DNA from: an uncultured Acidobacteriota bacterium
GTDB lineage: Bacteria; Acidobacteriota; Terriglobia; 20CM-2-55-15
DNA length: 64,000 bases
Direction of reading: 5' to 3'
Assembly: GCA_963738025.1 (NCBI GenBank)
Contig: CAVTWA010000020.1
Span: forward strand, 128,520 to 192,519
The translations under genes and the position numbers were made by a program. Below are positions 1-9,703 of the stretch, in pieces. The notes beneath the pieces are model-generated. The model did not search any database. It was not told where the DNA came from and saw nothing but the letters and a program-made list of their open reading frames with translations. The stretch's first letter is position 1. Each line of letters opens with the position of its first letter.

Positions 1-284
1 TCGAATCCCTGAAAGCTGAAGCCCCAATCGGCATTTGCTCCACGTGGTTCAAGGACACCATCGGTGTAGAAACCGTTGATATCGTAGAACTGGCGCTTCA
101 TGGGGTCGCTCAGGACGTCGTAGGCTTCCGTAATCCGTTTGAAACGCTCTTCGGCCTGGTGGTCCCCGGGATTGATATCGGGATGAAACCGCCGGGCAAG
201 CTTGCGGAAGGCTCGTTTGATTTCATTGACCGACGCAGCTCTGCCGACCTCAAGAATAATGTAGAGATCGTCTTTACTGGTCAT
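1..284 (-). CDS. dnaJ: J-domain co-chaperone (DnaJ/CbpA class), N-terminal ~94 codons; continues past window start
   Basis: Own translation of the minus strand from ATG (284-282) gives [68 protein letters not shown]... It has the HPD motif and the J-domain helix pattern, and lies directly downstream of dnaK. It is absent from the ORF track because the window edge truncates it. Confidence 0.8.
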   Translation of the reverse strand, partial: MTSKDDLYIILEVGRAASVNEIKRAFRKLARRFHPDINPGDHQAEERFKRITEAYDVLSDPMKRQFYDINGFYTDGVLEPRGANADWGFSFQGF

Positions 285-298
285 GGTTCCTCATATGC

Positions 299-393
299 AA
301 ATCGGGGGCGGTCATCAATTGCGCTACGCGCTTGCGCTTCTTTTAATTCAAGCTGCGCGCTGTCGCGCTTGCGCTTCGCCGACCGCCCCGATT
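299..393 (-). other. Structured dnaK-dnaJ intergenic element: long-range stem plus 14-nt direct repeats
   Basis: aatcgggggcggtc (299-312) is complementary to gaccgccccgatt (381-393) with one bulge. cgcgcttgcgcttc occurs twice (327-340 and 364-377) inside the enclosed loop. Confidence 0.5.
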
Positions 394-397
394 CGGC

Positions 398-2320
398 TTA
401 CTGTTTCTTCTTTTCGTCCGCGTCCACATATTCGGCGTCGATGACATCATCGGGCTTTTCTCCCGGCTTTGCCTCCGAACCGCCGCCCTGACCGTCCGTG
501 CCGCCCCCACCGCCGGCCTGCGGACCCGACTTATACATTGCTTCGGCAACTTTGTGCGACGCTTGCGTGAGCGCATCGGCCGCGCGGTTGATCGCGTCAA
601 CATCGCTGCCTTCCAAAGCCTTCTTCGTGTCGGCGATTGCAGCCTCCACGGATTTGGCATCGGAGTCGGACAGCTTGCTGCGGTGCTCGTTGAGCATCTT
701 CTCCGTCTGGTAGACCAGAGAATCCGCCCGGTTACGAGCTTCGATTTCCTCGCGCTTTCGCTTGTCTTCGTCCGCGTGCGATTCCGCCTCTCGAACCATC
801 TTATTAATGTCGTCCTTGTTCAGGCCACTGGACGAGGTGATGGTAATTTTCTGCTCTTTCCCGGTGCCCAGATCCTTGGCGGACACATTCACGATGCCAT
901 TGGCGTCGATGTCGAACGTCACCTCGATCTGCGGAACCCCGCGGGGAGCCGGCGGGATGCCGACCAGATGAAACTTTCCGAGAGTGCGATTGTCTCGCGC
1001 CATGGGACGCTCGCCTTGCAGAACATGGATTTCAACGGACGTCTGATTATCGGCAGCCGTCGAAAATGTCTCGCTCTTGCGCGTTGGAATCGTCGTGTTG
1101 CGCTCGATCAGTTTGGTGAACACGCCGCCCAAGGTTTCGATACCGAGCGACAATGGTGTCACGTCGAGCAGCAGAACGTCCTTCACTTCGCCGCCGAGGA
1201 CACCGGCCTGGACAGCAGCGCCAACCGCAACCACTTCATCCGGGTTCACGCCCTTATGAGGTTCCCTGCCAAACAGTTCACGCACAATCTGCTGAACTTT
1301 GGGAATACGCGTCGAACCGCCGACGAGTACGACTTCATCGATATCGCTCGGTTTGACGCCTGCGTCCGACAATGCCTGTTTGCAAGGCCCCATCGAGCGT
1401 TGCAGAATGTCATCAACGAGCGACTCAAACTTGGCACGCGTCAGTTTCAGATTCAGGTGTTTCGGGCCGGTCGCATCGGCGGTGACAAACGGAAGCGTTA
1501 TCTCCGTCTCCTGTACCGACGAGAGCTCCATCTTTGCTTTTTCAGCAGCTTCCTTCAGCCGCTGCAGGGCCATCTTGTCTTTAGAAAGGTCGATGCCCTG
1601 ATCCTTCCTGAACTCGTCGATGATCCAGTCGATGATCCGCTGGTCGAGGTTATCGCCCCCGAGGTGGGTATCGCCGTTGGTTGCTTTGACTTCAACCACT
1701 CCCTCTCCGACTTCCAGAATGGAAATATCGAAGGTGCCGCCACCGAAGTCGTAAACGGCAATGGTTTCGTCCTTTTTTTTATCCAGGCCGTACGCCAGCG
1801 CTGCCGCCGTCGGCTCATTGATGATACGAAGGACTTCCAGACCAGCGATCCGCCCGGCATCCTTTGTCGCCTGGCGCTGAGCGTCATTAAAATAGGCGGG
1901 GACGGTGATAACCGCCTTGTCCACCTTCTGTCCGAGATAGTCTTCTGCGGCGGATTTCAGCTTCTGAAGGATCATCGCGGAGATCTCCGGCGGCGAATAC
2001 TCCTTCCCCATGCTTTCAACGCGCGCGTCGCCGTTGGTCGAGCGAGTGACCTTGTAGGGCACCATCTTCATTTCTTCATTAACTTCGTCGTACCGGCGCC
2101 CCATAAATCGCTTGATCGAATAAATCGTATTCTCGGCATTGGTTACGGCCTGCCGCTTGGCAACCTGGCCCACCGGGCGCTCACCGCCTTTTGTGAAGGC
2201 GACCACCGACGGGGTCGTCCGGCCTCCTTCCTGATTCGCAATTACGACCGGCTCTCCACCCTCCATCACCGCCACGACGGAGTTCGTGGTCCCCAGGTCG
2301 ATTCCAATAATCTTGCTCAT
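398..2320 (-). CDS. dnaK: Molecular chaperone DnaK (Hsp70)
   Basis: 640-aa ORF with Hsp70 signatures: [40 protein letters not shown], and an acidic C-terminal tail. Confidence 0.98.
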   Translation of the reverse strand: MSKIIGIDLGTTNSVVAVMEGGEPVVIANQEGGRTTPSVVAFTKGGERPVGQVAKRQAVTNAENTIYSIKRFMGRRYDEVNEEMKMVPYKVTRSTNGDARVESMGKEYSPPEISAMILQKLKSAAEDYLGQKVDKAVITVPAYFNDAQRQATKDAGRIAGLEVLRIINEPTAAALAYGLDKKKDETIAVYDFGGGTFDISILEVGEGVVEVKATNGDTHLGGDNLDQRIIDWIIDEFRKDQGIDLSKDKMALQRLKEAAEKAKMELSSVQETEITLPFVTADATGPKHLNLKLTRAKFESLVDDILQRSMGPCKQALSDAGVKPSDIDEVVLVGGSTRIPKVQQIVRELFGREPHKGVNPDEVVAVGAAVQAGVLGGEVKDVLLLDVTPLSLGIETLGGVFTKLIERNTTIPTRKSETFSTAADNQTSVEIHVLQGERPMARDNRTLGKFHLVGIPPAPRGVPQIEVTFDIDANGIVNVSAKDLGTGKEQKITITSSSGLNKDDINKMVREAESHADEDKRKREEIEARNRADSLVYQTEKMLNEHRSKLSDSDAKSVEAAIADTKKALEGSDVDAINRAADALTQASHKVAEAMYKSGPQAGGGGGTDGQGGGSEAKPGEKPDDVIDAEYVDADEKKKQ

Positions 2321-2375
2321 TGTGCAGCCCTCCTACGGCCTACCACTGGCTGGAAATTTACGTATAACAGCCACC

Positions 2376-2404
2376 AATATAAGATCTGAGTCGATTATTG
2401 TCAA
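2376..2404 (-). promoter_or_regulatory. Sigma70-like promoter upstream of dnaK
   Basis: The minus strand reads TTGACA (2404-2399), a 17-nt spacer, then TATATT (2381-2376). This lies about 55 nt upstream of the dnaK start. Prediction from consensus only. Confidence 0.5.
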
Positions 2405-2467
2405 TATGACCTTATAGCAGGCTTATAAGATTTGGACGCACAGTCGCACGAAGCGGTGTCGGAATTA

Positions 2468-2550
2468 ATAAGCCGCGGATTAAACGGATGGGCGCATGAA
2501 TAGGATCCATGGATGCGCCCATCCGTAAAATCCGCTCAGTCCGTGGCTTA
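2468..2550. repeat. Palindromic REP-like element of the 'AAGCCRCGGAT...' family
   Basis: Perfect 14-bp stem acggatgggcgcat (2484-2497) / atgcgcccatccgt (2513-2526). Outer imperfect arms are taagccgcggatt / aatccgctcagtccgtggctta. Related to the elements at 39120-39179 and 58618-58669. Confidence 0.6.
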
Positions 2551-2609
2551 TCGAAACCGGCTCGGGCTAATAACTTCGAAGGGTTCTAAAAAGGGGTTCG
2601 ACTGGCTTG

Positions 2610-3323
2610 TTATTTGAGAAGTTCTGCGGAAACAGAGGGCTTTTCGGAGCCGTAAACGTGCTGCACCTTGGCGACGTAGTCTTCAGCAACCTGAGAGGCG
2701 TCGGGATTGTCGGGGCTCCAACCGTTATATCGCTTCACGCCTTCCCATAACCCGAACCGGTGTACGTAGTCTTTAAGGATCCGGACGCCGAAATCCACGT
2801 TGTCTTCAATCTTAAAAAGGTTGATCCCCTCCCGGTCGGCCTGCCGGCCCCAGGTAGGCAGGTGGATTTGCATGATTCCGATCGACTCGAGATTGGAAAT
2901 AGCAAACGGATTGGCCCGGCTCTCGACGATCATGATGCTGGCAATCAACCGGGCGTCGATATCGTATTTTCGCGCGGTCTCGGCGATGGCGCGTGCGACG
3001 CGTCCGCGATGGCTCTCATCAACGTCGTACTTCTTTAAAAAGTACTCGAGAGACGTCACTGCTGGATTTTCGGGGCTCGATGGAAGCGTCGCCGGCATCT
3101 GCAATCCGGCTTCTTCGACGGCCTGCACGGAACCAGATCTGGAGAACACGTACGCGCTCGGGGTTGGGAATCCAAGCACCATGACGGACAGCAGTATTGT
3201 TAATATCAATAACTTAGAAGACTTCGACAGCCACTCTTTACAGGTCAGATAATGCAGGATGTAACGACCATTCCAGCCCACCCTCATACCGCGACATCGA
3301 CTACAGAATGCAATAGGTTGCAC
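2610..3323 (-). CDS. Lytic transglycosylase (SLT domain), membrane-anchored
   Basis: 237-aa ORF with the SLT catalytic region IMIVESRANPFAISNLESIGIMQI and an N-terminal hydrophobic segment LLILTILLSVMVLGF. The exact start is uncertain. Confidence 0.85.
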   Translation of the reverse strand: MQPIAFCSRCRGMRVGWNGRYILHYLTCKEWLSKSSKLLILTILLSVMVLGFPTPSAYVFSRSGSVQAVEEAGLQMPATLPSSPENPAVTSLEYFLKKYDVDESHRGRVARAIAETARKYDIDARLIASIMIVESRANPFAISNLESIGIMQIHLPTWGRQADREGINLFKIEDNVDFGVRILKDYVHRFGLWEGVKRYNGWSPDNPDASQVAEDYVAKVQHVYGSEKPSVSAELLK

Positions 3324-3586
3324 TTTTCCTCCTTCCGGGGGAGTAACGAGCCTTTGCTATTTAAGATGACGTTCAGACGGGAAACAGAAATTCCAGAACC
3401 CGGGGCTCTTTTATGTCCGGCCCCTGCGAAAATGATCGCCGTCCTACGCATTCTTTGCAAGGAAAGACTGCCACCCCCGCTTGGCGGCCGAAAATGTTGT
3501 TGAGAGCAGCATGTCCTTCAAGTAAAATGGCTAGTTTACCTACCAGTGCTTTTAATGTTGTTTCAATAAGTTAGAGGGTCCGCGCC

Positions 3587-3916
3587 GTGACTGATCTCCT
3601 CCGGACTGGAATATTTTTTTTCAACGCCGGACGCTATTTCGAGGCCCATGAAGCGTGGGAAGATCTGTGGCGGCCAACCCGGGGACCGCTGCGGCTGTAC
3701 TACCAGGGTCTGGTTCAGGCTGCCGTCGGGATGCACCATCTGGGCCGCGGAAACCGCAATGGGGGTCAGGCACAGATCAACAAATCGATCGCCAAGCTCG
3801 AACAGTATCCTGCATCCTTTTGCCAGATCGACAATGCGAGGCTGGTCAAGGACCTGCGGCGGGTTCTGGAGGCGCCAGTACCGGCAGGGATCGAAATTCG
3901 ATGCATGGAGGGATGA
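3587..3916 (+). CDS. DUF309 domain protein
   Basis: 109 aa with a GTG start. FFFNAGRYFEAHEAWEDLWR...YQGLVQAAVGMHHLGRGN is the typical DUF309 pattern. Confidence 0.8.
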   Translation: MTDLLRTGIFFFNAGRYFEAHEAWEDLWRPTRGPLRLYYQGLVQAAVGMHHLGRGNRNGGQAQINKSIAKLEQYPASFCQIDNARLVKDLRRVLEAPVPAGIEIRCMEG

Positions 3917-4007
3917 CAATGATCCCTGGGTTATTGTCCTTGGGCTCTGCCCGGTTTGTTAACGCCTCCCGATAGGAAATAGGTGTGATACAGTCGGAGG
4001 GTTTTTT

Positions 4008-4094
4008 GGAGAGATGTCCGAGTGGTTTAAGGAGCACGCTTGGAAAGCGTGTGTGGGGGTAACTCCACCGTGGGTTCGAATCCCACTCTCTCCG
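4008..4094 (+). tRNA. tRNA-Ser (anticodon GGA)
   Basis: Hand-folded cloverleaf. Acceptor ggagaga/tctctcc plus discriminator g; anticodon stem cacgc/gcgtg with loop ttGGAaa; long variable arm; T-arm tgggttcgaatccca. CCA is not encoded. Confidence 0.95.
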
Positions 4095-4127
4095 TTTAAG
4101 CGGCTGTTGCCGCTTATCGAGCAGGCT

Positions 4128-4222
4128 TTGGGGGGCTGTGCAATTGGAGCTCGAAAACCCCGCCAGGTCCGGAAGGAAGCAACGGTATCGGGTAAACCAA
4201 TGTGACACAGTATCCCCCTTGG
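4128..4222 (+). ncRNA. ffs: Signal recognition particle RNA (small bacterial 4.5S type)
   Basis: Contains the conserved helix-8 core ccaggtccGGAAggaagcaacgg (E. coli 4.5S has CAGGUCCGGAAGGAAGCAGC). The terminal pairing ggggggctgtg / cacagtatccccc closes the hairpin. It lies immediately upstream of dnaX, as in Bacillus (scr-dnaX-yaaK-recR). Ends are approximate, +/-5 nt. Confidence 0.8.
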
Positions 4223-4279
4223 CCTGTCCGTAAGATTGTCCAGTTTCAGATTTCCCAATTTTGAATCTCCAATAAGAAT

Positions 4280-5908
4280 TTGAAGTATCAAGTTATCGCC
4301 AGGAAATTTCGTCCTCAGGTATTCGAGGACGTCGTCGGTCAGAAGCCAATCGTCCAGACATTGCAGAACGCCATCCAGATGGAGCGGATTGGCCATGCCT
4401 ATCTTTTCTCAGGCCCGCGAGGCGTCGGGAAAACAACTACGGCCCGCATCCTGGCGAAGGGCCTCAATTGCGAAAAAGGACCGACGATAACCCCTTGCAA
4501 CACGTGTCCGTCCTGCCAGGAGATTGCCTCCGGAAGGTCGATCGACGTATTTGAAATCGATGCTGCATCAAACACCGGTGTGGACAACATCCGGGAACTG
4601 CGCGAGAGTGCCAAATATGCTGCGGCACGGAGCCGCTACAAGATCTTCATCATCGATGAAGTTCACATGTTGTCGACCTCGGCATTCAACGCGCTCCTGA
4701 AGATTCTGGAAGAGCCACCTCCGCACGTCGTTTTCATTATGGCGACGACGGAGCGGCACAAAGTTCCCGCAACGATCCTTTCAAGATGCCAGCAGTTCAT
4801 TTTCAGAACAATTTCACCAGCTGAAATTCAGGCACACCTGCGCCAGATTGCGGACCGGGAAGGTATAAAAATCGACGATCGAGCGCTGAGTTATATCGTC
4901 AAAGCTTCCGAGGGGAGCATGCGCGACGCCCAGTCGCTCCTGGACCAGATCATTTCCTTCAGCGGACAGGACGTCGTCGACGAAGATGTCCGTGATGTCC
5001 TTGGATTCATCCCCAGCGAAATTCTGGATCGAACGAGCGAAGGTCTCGCCAATCGCGATTCCAGGGCTCTGCTGGAAAACATCGCTATCGTCGTTGACCA
5101 GGGTTTAAATCTGCAGCAGTTTGTCCGTGAGTTCATAGGCCGCGTCAGGGATTTGTTGATGATCAAGCTGGGGCTCGAAGACAAGGTCATCGGCGGAGCT
5201 GACGAGAGGCGGGCACTGAGCGAGCAGGCCAAAGCGTTTTCCGAACAGGACTTGATCCGTTTTTTTGACCTGTTGCTGCGCATCGAGAGTGAGCTTCGCT
5301 GGACCTCGCAGGCACGATTTCATCTGGAAGTCGGTTTTGTGAAACTGGCCAAGATCGGATATGTACGGGATATTGAAGATGTCCTGCGTGAAGTAAAAGG
5401 CGGGCAGCCCGCGACACCAATCGTCTCAGCCCCGCTGCCGCCGAGAAAGGCTGCACCGGCGCCGATTTCCAGGTCGGCCCAGCCGGAACCGCCGCCGATC
5501 CCGCATCCGATCTCCGAAAAGAAAATCCTCGCACCGCCTCCATCCGAAATAAATTCCGAAGCGTCGTCCTTTTCCGACACGTTTACCGGCAGCGTGGAGG
5601 ACAAATCCGGCATCACTGCTGTACATCTGCAAAAAGCCGAACGAATTGAACGGAACGGCGATGCGATCCGCGTGGTTATGTCGAACCAAACGGCGCTGGC
5701 GATGTTGCAATCGAAAGAACACAAAACGGTTCTCGACTCGGTCGCAAGTGATCTCGTTGGTAAAGCCGTTTCCGTGTCTCTTATAATGAAAGAGGATCAG
5801 CAAAAAGCACCTGCCGCGGAGCGTGCCAAAGAAGAACCCTTGGTCCAACAATTTTTGCGGGTCTTCAAGGGCGATCTTGCGCAAGTGAAACCGTCGAAAG
5901 AGGAATAA
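4280..5908 (+). CDS. dnaX: DNA polymerase III subunit gamma/tau
   Basis: 542 aa with a TTG start. Motifs: [13 protein letters not shown], Walker [10 protein letters not shown], zinc module [10 protein letters not shown], box [10 protein letters not shown], followed by a Pro-rich linker. Confidence 0.95.
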   Translation: MKYQVIARKFRPQVFEDVVGQKPIVQTLQNAIQMERIGHAYLFSGPRGVGKTTTARILAKGLNCEKGPTITPCNTCPSCQEIASGRSIDVFEIDAASNTGVDNIRELRESAKYAAARSRYKIFIIDEVHMLSTSAFNALLKILEEPPPHVVFIMATTERHKVPATILSRCQQFIFRTISPAEIQAHLRQIADREGIKIDDRALSYIVKASEGSMRDAQSLLDQIISFSGQDVVDEDVRDVLGFIPSEILDRTSEGLANRDSRALLENIAIVVDQGLNLQQFVREFIGRVRDLLMIKLGLEDKVIGGADERRALSEQAKAFSEQDLIRFFDLLLRIESELRWTSQARFHLEVGFVKLAKIGYVRDIEDVLREVKGGQPATPIVSAPLPPRKAAPAPISRSAQPEPPPIPHPISEKKILAPPPSEINSEASSFSDTFTGSVEDKSGITAVHLQKAERIERNGDAIRVVMSNQTALAMLQSKEHKTVLDSVASDLVGKAVSVSLIMKEDQQKAPAAERAKEEPLVQQFLRVFKGDLAQVKPSKEE

Positions 5909-5910
5909 TC

Positions 5911-6210
5911 ATGAATTTGCAGCAGATGATGAAGCAAGCTCAACAAATGCAGGAGAAGCTGCAGAAACAAATGGAAACCACCGTCGTTGATGCAACGGCA
6001 GGGGGCGGCATGGTGTCTGTCAAAATGAACGGGCAAAAACAACTGCTGTCGATACAAATCGAACCGGAAGTTTTCAGCAGCGGCGACAAAGACATGCTGC
6101 AGGATTTGATCGTCGCAGCCGTCAACGAAGGTATCCGTAAAGTGGACGACATTATGCAGAATCAACTTGGAGGCCTCACAGGCGGCCTCAAGATTCCCGG
6201 TCTGTTCTGA
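5911..6210 (+). CDS. ybaB: Nucleoid-associated protein YbaB/EbfC
   Basis: 99 aa, [19 protein letters not shown]...[11 protein letters not shown]...IPGLF. Conserved position between dnaX and recR. Confidence 0.93.
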   Translation: MNLQQMMKQAQQMQEKLQKQMETTVVDATAGGGMVSVKMNGQKQLLSIQIEPEVFSSGDKDMLQDLIVAAVNEGIRKVDDIMQNQLGGLTGGLKIPGLF

Positions 6211-6213
6211 GAA

Positions 6214-6810
6214 ATGGACGTCGCAGAACCCGTCCATCGGCTAGTCGAACAGTTCAAGAAGCTTCCCGGCATCGGGACGAAATCGGCCCAGCGTCTGGCA
6301 TTTTTTATTTTGAAAATGGATCAAACCGATGCAACAGAGCTTGCAGAGTCTATTCTGGAAGTAAAGCGATCCATCCGGCGCTGTTCGGTCTGTAATAACC
6401 TCACCGATGTTGATCCCTGCCAATTCTGTACGCACCCGTCGCGTTCCGACCAGATGCTCTGTGTGGTTGAAGAATCGAACAACATTCTACCCGTCGAAAA
6501 GACGCATGAGTTCAAGGGGCGTTATCACGTCTTGATGGGTTCTATATCTCCCCTCAAAGGGGTCAGCCCGGATCAGCTTGCGATCGCATCATTGCTCAAA
6601 AGGCTGCAGGCGGGAAAGATTGAAGAAGTAATTGTGGCCACGAACCCGAATGTGGAAGGTGAGACAACCGCCATGTATCTCTCCCGTTTAATTAAACCCC
6701 TCGGAATTCGCGTCACACGACTCGCACTCGGCCTGCCTGTTGGTGGTGATCTAGAGTACGCGGACGAAGTAACGATGGCGAAAGCGCTTCAGGGCCGCCG
6801 GGAACTGTAG
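6214..6810 (+). CDS. recR: Recombination protein RecR
   Basis: 198 aa. HhH motif LPGIGTKSAQRLAF, C4 zinc finger CSVCNNLTDVDPCQFC, and a Toprim region. Confidence 0.95.
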   Translation: MDVAEPVHRLVEQFKKLPGIGTKSAQRLAFFILKMDQTDATELAESILEVKRSIRRCSVCNNLTDVDPCQFCTHPSRSDQMLCVVEESNNILPVEKTHEFKGRYHVLMGSISPLKGVSPDQLAIASLLKRLQAGKIEEVIVATNPNVEGETTAMYLSRLIKPLGIRVTRLALGLPVGGDLEYADEVTMAKALQGRREL

Positions 6811-6814
6811 TTGC

Positions 6815-6838
6815 AGGCGCGGTCTATAGACCGCGCCT
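6815..6838. repeat. Perfect 24-bp palindrome (REP family TTGTAGGCGCGGTCTATrACCGCGCCTACAA); likely bidirectional terminator
   Basis: aggcgcggtcta|tagaccgcgcct lies between convergent recR (stop 6810) and the MFS gene. The MFS stop codon (6837-6839) lies inside the palindrome. Confidence 0.7.
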
Positions 6839-8186
6839 ACAAACCGTGCACACCGCGAGCTTCGGCCTCGGCTGCCGGCTCTCGCCGCTCCGTGGCTTCG
6901 CCCATGTTCTCGATATCCTGATGCATCGTCTCGCTTGCAACGAATACGGCAACAATAGTGACGATTGCCATTCCCATCAAGTACAGCGACAAGGCTCCGC
7001 GTCCATAGCCATGCTGCAGAAACGATATCGCAATCAAGGGCGATAGACCGCCCGCCAGCACCGACGAAAGTTGCACGCCCAGCGACGCACCGCTATAGCG
7101 GACGCGTGCGCCGAAGAGTTCCGAAAAGAAGGCACCTTGTGGCGCATACATCGCAGCATGCGACAGCGCGAGACTGAGCAAGAGCGCGAGCCGGACCAGC
7201 ACAGCCGAGCCCGTATCCAGCATCCAGAATGTCGGGTACGCCAAAACCGCGGTCATGATCGCACCAAATAGATAGATCGGCCGGCGGCCGATGCGGTCGC
7301 TCAGTGCGCCATAGATAGGGATCGCGACCACCTCGACCGCCGCTGCCAGAATCAGCCCGCTCAAGACGATGCTCGAGTTCATGTGGACGTGCTGGGCGGC
7401 ATATACCAGCACGAAAACGGTGTACAGGTAAAAGGCGCCATTTTCCGCGAGCCGGGCCCCCATCGCAAGCAACACTTCTCGAGGATAACGCGCAACTACT
7501 TCCAGGATCGGCTGACGCGCTTCCTGCCTCGTTTCCTTGACGCGCATGAATGCCGGCGTTTCGAGAATACGAACACGGATCACCAGCCCTACGGCAACCA
7601 GCACAATGCTGAGGATGAACGGTACGCGCCACCCCCATGACAGAAACGCTTCTTCGGGCAGGCGCGAAAACGGGCGGTACACCAGATTCGCCAGCAACAG
7701 TCCGGCGGGAACTCCGATCTGCGGCCAACTGCCGTAAAAGCCTCGCTTTCCCTTCGGCGCATGCTCGACCGCCATCAGAACGGCGCCACCCCACTCGCCG
7801 CCCACACCGAATCCCTGTACGCTGCGCAACAGGACCAGGAGTACAGGTGCGAATGGTCCGATGATGGCGTAGGTAGGCAGCAATCCAATCAGGAACGTAG
7901 CGGTGCCCATCAAGACCAGCGTCAATACCAGCATGGATTTCCGGCCGATCTTGTCGCCATAATGGCCGATCACAATGCCCCCGATGGGCCGGGCAATGAA
8001 TCCCACCGAGTACGTCGCAAGCGAGGCAAGTGTTCCGCTTAACGGATCAAATGTGGGGAAAAACAGTTTGTTGAGGACGAGGGCTGCCGCCGTTCCGTAA
8101 AGGAAAAAGTCATACCACTCGATCGTGGTACCGATTAAACTCGCCAGCGCGACAACTTGAATGGAAGGTTGTTTTCTACCGATCAC
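6837..8186 (-). CDS. MFS transporter, metabolite:H+ symporter (MHS/ProP-like) family
   Basis: 449 aa with about 12 predicted TM segments. N-terminal WYDFFLYGTAAALVLNKLFFP and GHYGDKIGRK are typical of the MHS family. Confidence 0.9.
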   Translation of the reverse strand: MIGRKQPSIQVVALASLIGTTIEWYDFFLYGTAAALVLNKLFFPTFDPLSGTLASLATYSVGFIARPIGGIVIGHYGDKIGRKSMLVLTLVLMGTATFLIGLLPTYAIIGPFAPVLLVLLRSVQGFGVGGEWGGAVLMAVEHAPKGKRGFYGSWPQIGVPAGLLLANLVYRPFSRLPEEAFLSWGWRVPFILSIVLVAVGLVIRVRILETPAFMRVKETRQEARQPILEVVARYPREVLLAMGARLAENGAFYLYTVFVLVYAAQHVHMNSSIVLSGLILAAAVEVVAIPIYGALSDRIGRRPIYLFGAIMTAVLAYPTFWMLDTGSAVLVRLALLLSLALSHAAMYAPQGAFFSELFGARVRYSGASLGVQLSSVLAGGLSPLIAISFLQHGYGRGALSLYLMGMAIVTIVAVFVASETMHQDIENMGEATERREPAAEAEARGVHGL

Positions 8187-8962
8187 TTGGCTTGATTGTT
8201 GTGGACGTCTTTCTCATTCTCCAGACAAATGAACTCGAGTAGCTCGCTTGTCGGGGCCAGACGTGCTCCAACATTGACAGTCCATGGTTTGCTGTACGCT
8301 TTAGGATCATCAATGGTGATTCCGATTTCCATGTGACCGAAGTCCTTGCGATGGAACTTTTCGATCACGTGCAGTGCCTCGGTCGATGGCTTACCCAACT
8401 GGTCCAACCAGACTTTTCCGTTGAAGCCAATCGTGTCTACCACAAGCGTGTCACCATCCCATTTGCCGATGGAATAACCAAACCATGTCGGAGTCAGTTC
8501 TTCAAGAGGCCACCGTTCCCGCCCATCCAGAAAGACCTGACGCCACAGATTGAATGCCTCATGGACAAAAACCAGAAACGTCGGGGTTTGCACAATCTTC
8601 CACGGCGCCGGAGCAACCAGGATTTTCGGCGTTCCTTGCGGCAGGCAATTGGCGTCCGGTTCCTCTCTCCAGTGCAAACCAGCAGCGCGTTCATCATACA
8701 GAGCCTTGGCCCAAGGCTGGAAAGGCACGTCTTCCGGTTTCAGATCTGCCGCAAGATTGCGCAGCCATTTGGTTTCCGACGGTTCCCAGACGCCCGACAA
8801 ATCCGGTTTGCCGTCAGGCAGACGTGGTGCAGGAGCGGACAGATTCGGCTTGCCGTCCGCCGTACGCGGAATAGCTGGCGGCGGCACTTTCGTCCACTGG
8901 GCTTGAGCAGTCGCGCACATGAGCACAACGATCGCCAGCGACGTCAGGATTGTTGTTTTCAT
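8183..8962 (-). CDS. Secreted protein of unknown function
   Basis: 259 aa with signal peptide MKTTILTSLAIVVLMCATAQA. Its stop overlaps the MFS start (ATGA at 8183-8186), which implies co-transcription. I recognise no domain. Confidence 0.7.
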   Translation of the reverse strand: MKTTILTSLAIVVLMCATAQAQWTKVPPPAIPRTADGKPNLSAPAPRLPDGKPDLSGVWEPSETKWLRNLAADLKPEDVPFQPWAKALYDERAAGLHWREEPDANCLPQGTPKILVAPAPWKIVQTPTFLVFVHEAFNLWRQVFLDGRERWPLEELTPTWFGYSIGKWDGDTLVVDTIGFNGKVWLDQLGKPSTEALHVIEKFHRKDFGHMEIGITIDDPKAYSKPWTVNVGARLAPTSELLEFICLENEKDVHNNQAK

Positions 8963-9098
8963 TGCAGCCCCTTGTGCTGCGGAGCATATCAGGAATCGAA
9001 TTTCGACTGACTAATTTTTAACAAGGGGCGGCCTTGCGGATGAGCGCAGCCGGCGCTCATCCGCGGGTCTACAGTGATGTCACGATCATCGTCCCGGC

Positions 9099-9596
9099 TC
9101 ATGCGGCCACCCGCTGCACACCGGACTGATGCGGCTGTGCAAAGTGAACCATCTCCGGATCGGCGAGCCGCTGGTAGTCATTAAAGCTCATCCGGACCGT
9201 CTCGTCGTGCGACCCGGCATTGAATTCGATCTCATGGTTACGAGAAAGCCTCGCCTCGCAATAGGTGGGCATATCAAACATGTTGCCAAAGGGCGGCATT
9301 GCGCCTGCCTCGCACGTTGGAAACGCATCGCTAAATTCCGTCTCAGATGCAAGACGCAGGCTCGTGACCCCGATTTCTTCCCTCAAAACGTCCAGATTAG
9401 CCGTGTCATTCGCCGACAGCACCGCCATGATGAGCTGCCCCCCGCCTGTTTTCAGAATCACAGACTTCACCAGTTCCCGACCCGATACGTGCAGGGATTG
9501 CGCAATTTCCTGCGACGTATACGCCGGACGATGCGGGTGCCCCGTGTACGTGATCGCGGCATTGTCCAGATATTCTTTTAGTCTCCTGGAGATCAT
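9099..9596 (-). CDS. YbaK/EbsC-type aminoacyl-tRNA editing (deacylase) domain protein
   Basis: The ORF runs 9099-9659. The homologous region begins at the internal ATG (9596): MISRRLKEYLD...VKSVILKTGGGQLIMAVLSANDTANLDVL...GAMPPFGN. Confidence 0.8.
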   Translation of the reverse strand: MISRRLKEYLDNAAITYTGHPHRPAYTSQEIAQSLHVSGRELVKSVILKTGGGQLIMAVLSANDTANLDVLREEIGVTSLRLASETEFSDAFPTCEAGAMPPFGNMFDMPTYCEARLSRNHEIEFNAGSHDETVRMSFNDYQRLADPEMVHFAQPHQSGVQRVAA

Positions 9597-9703
9597 AAAT
9601 GCTCCTCGACCGAAATTCTCCTTTCTCACATTATCCGCCTGCCAAAGGCGTAAATGCATAAGGGGACATACCGGCCTGGATAATGTTGGCTTTGTAAGTT
9701 GAT

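Noticed and set aside
554-2389. 611-aa ORF antisense to dnaK
   Set aside because: It is a shadow ORF on the opposite strand of an unmistakable Hsp70 gene in GC-rich DNA. Its composition is Arg/Leu-rich with no motifs.
4280-5908. Programmed -1 frameshift site in dnaX (E. coli-type A AAA AAG heptamer producing gamma)
   Set aside because: The only similar string (gaaaaagg at about 4472) is near codon 65, far too early. No heptamer plus downstream hairpin is seen in the linker region.
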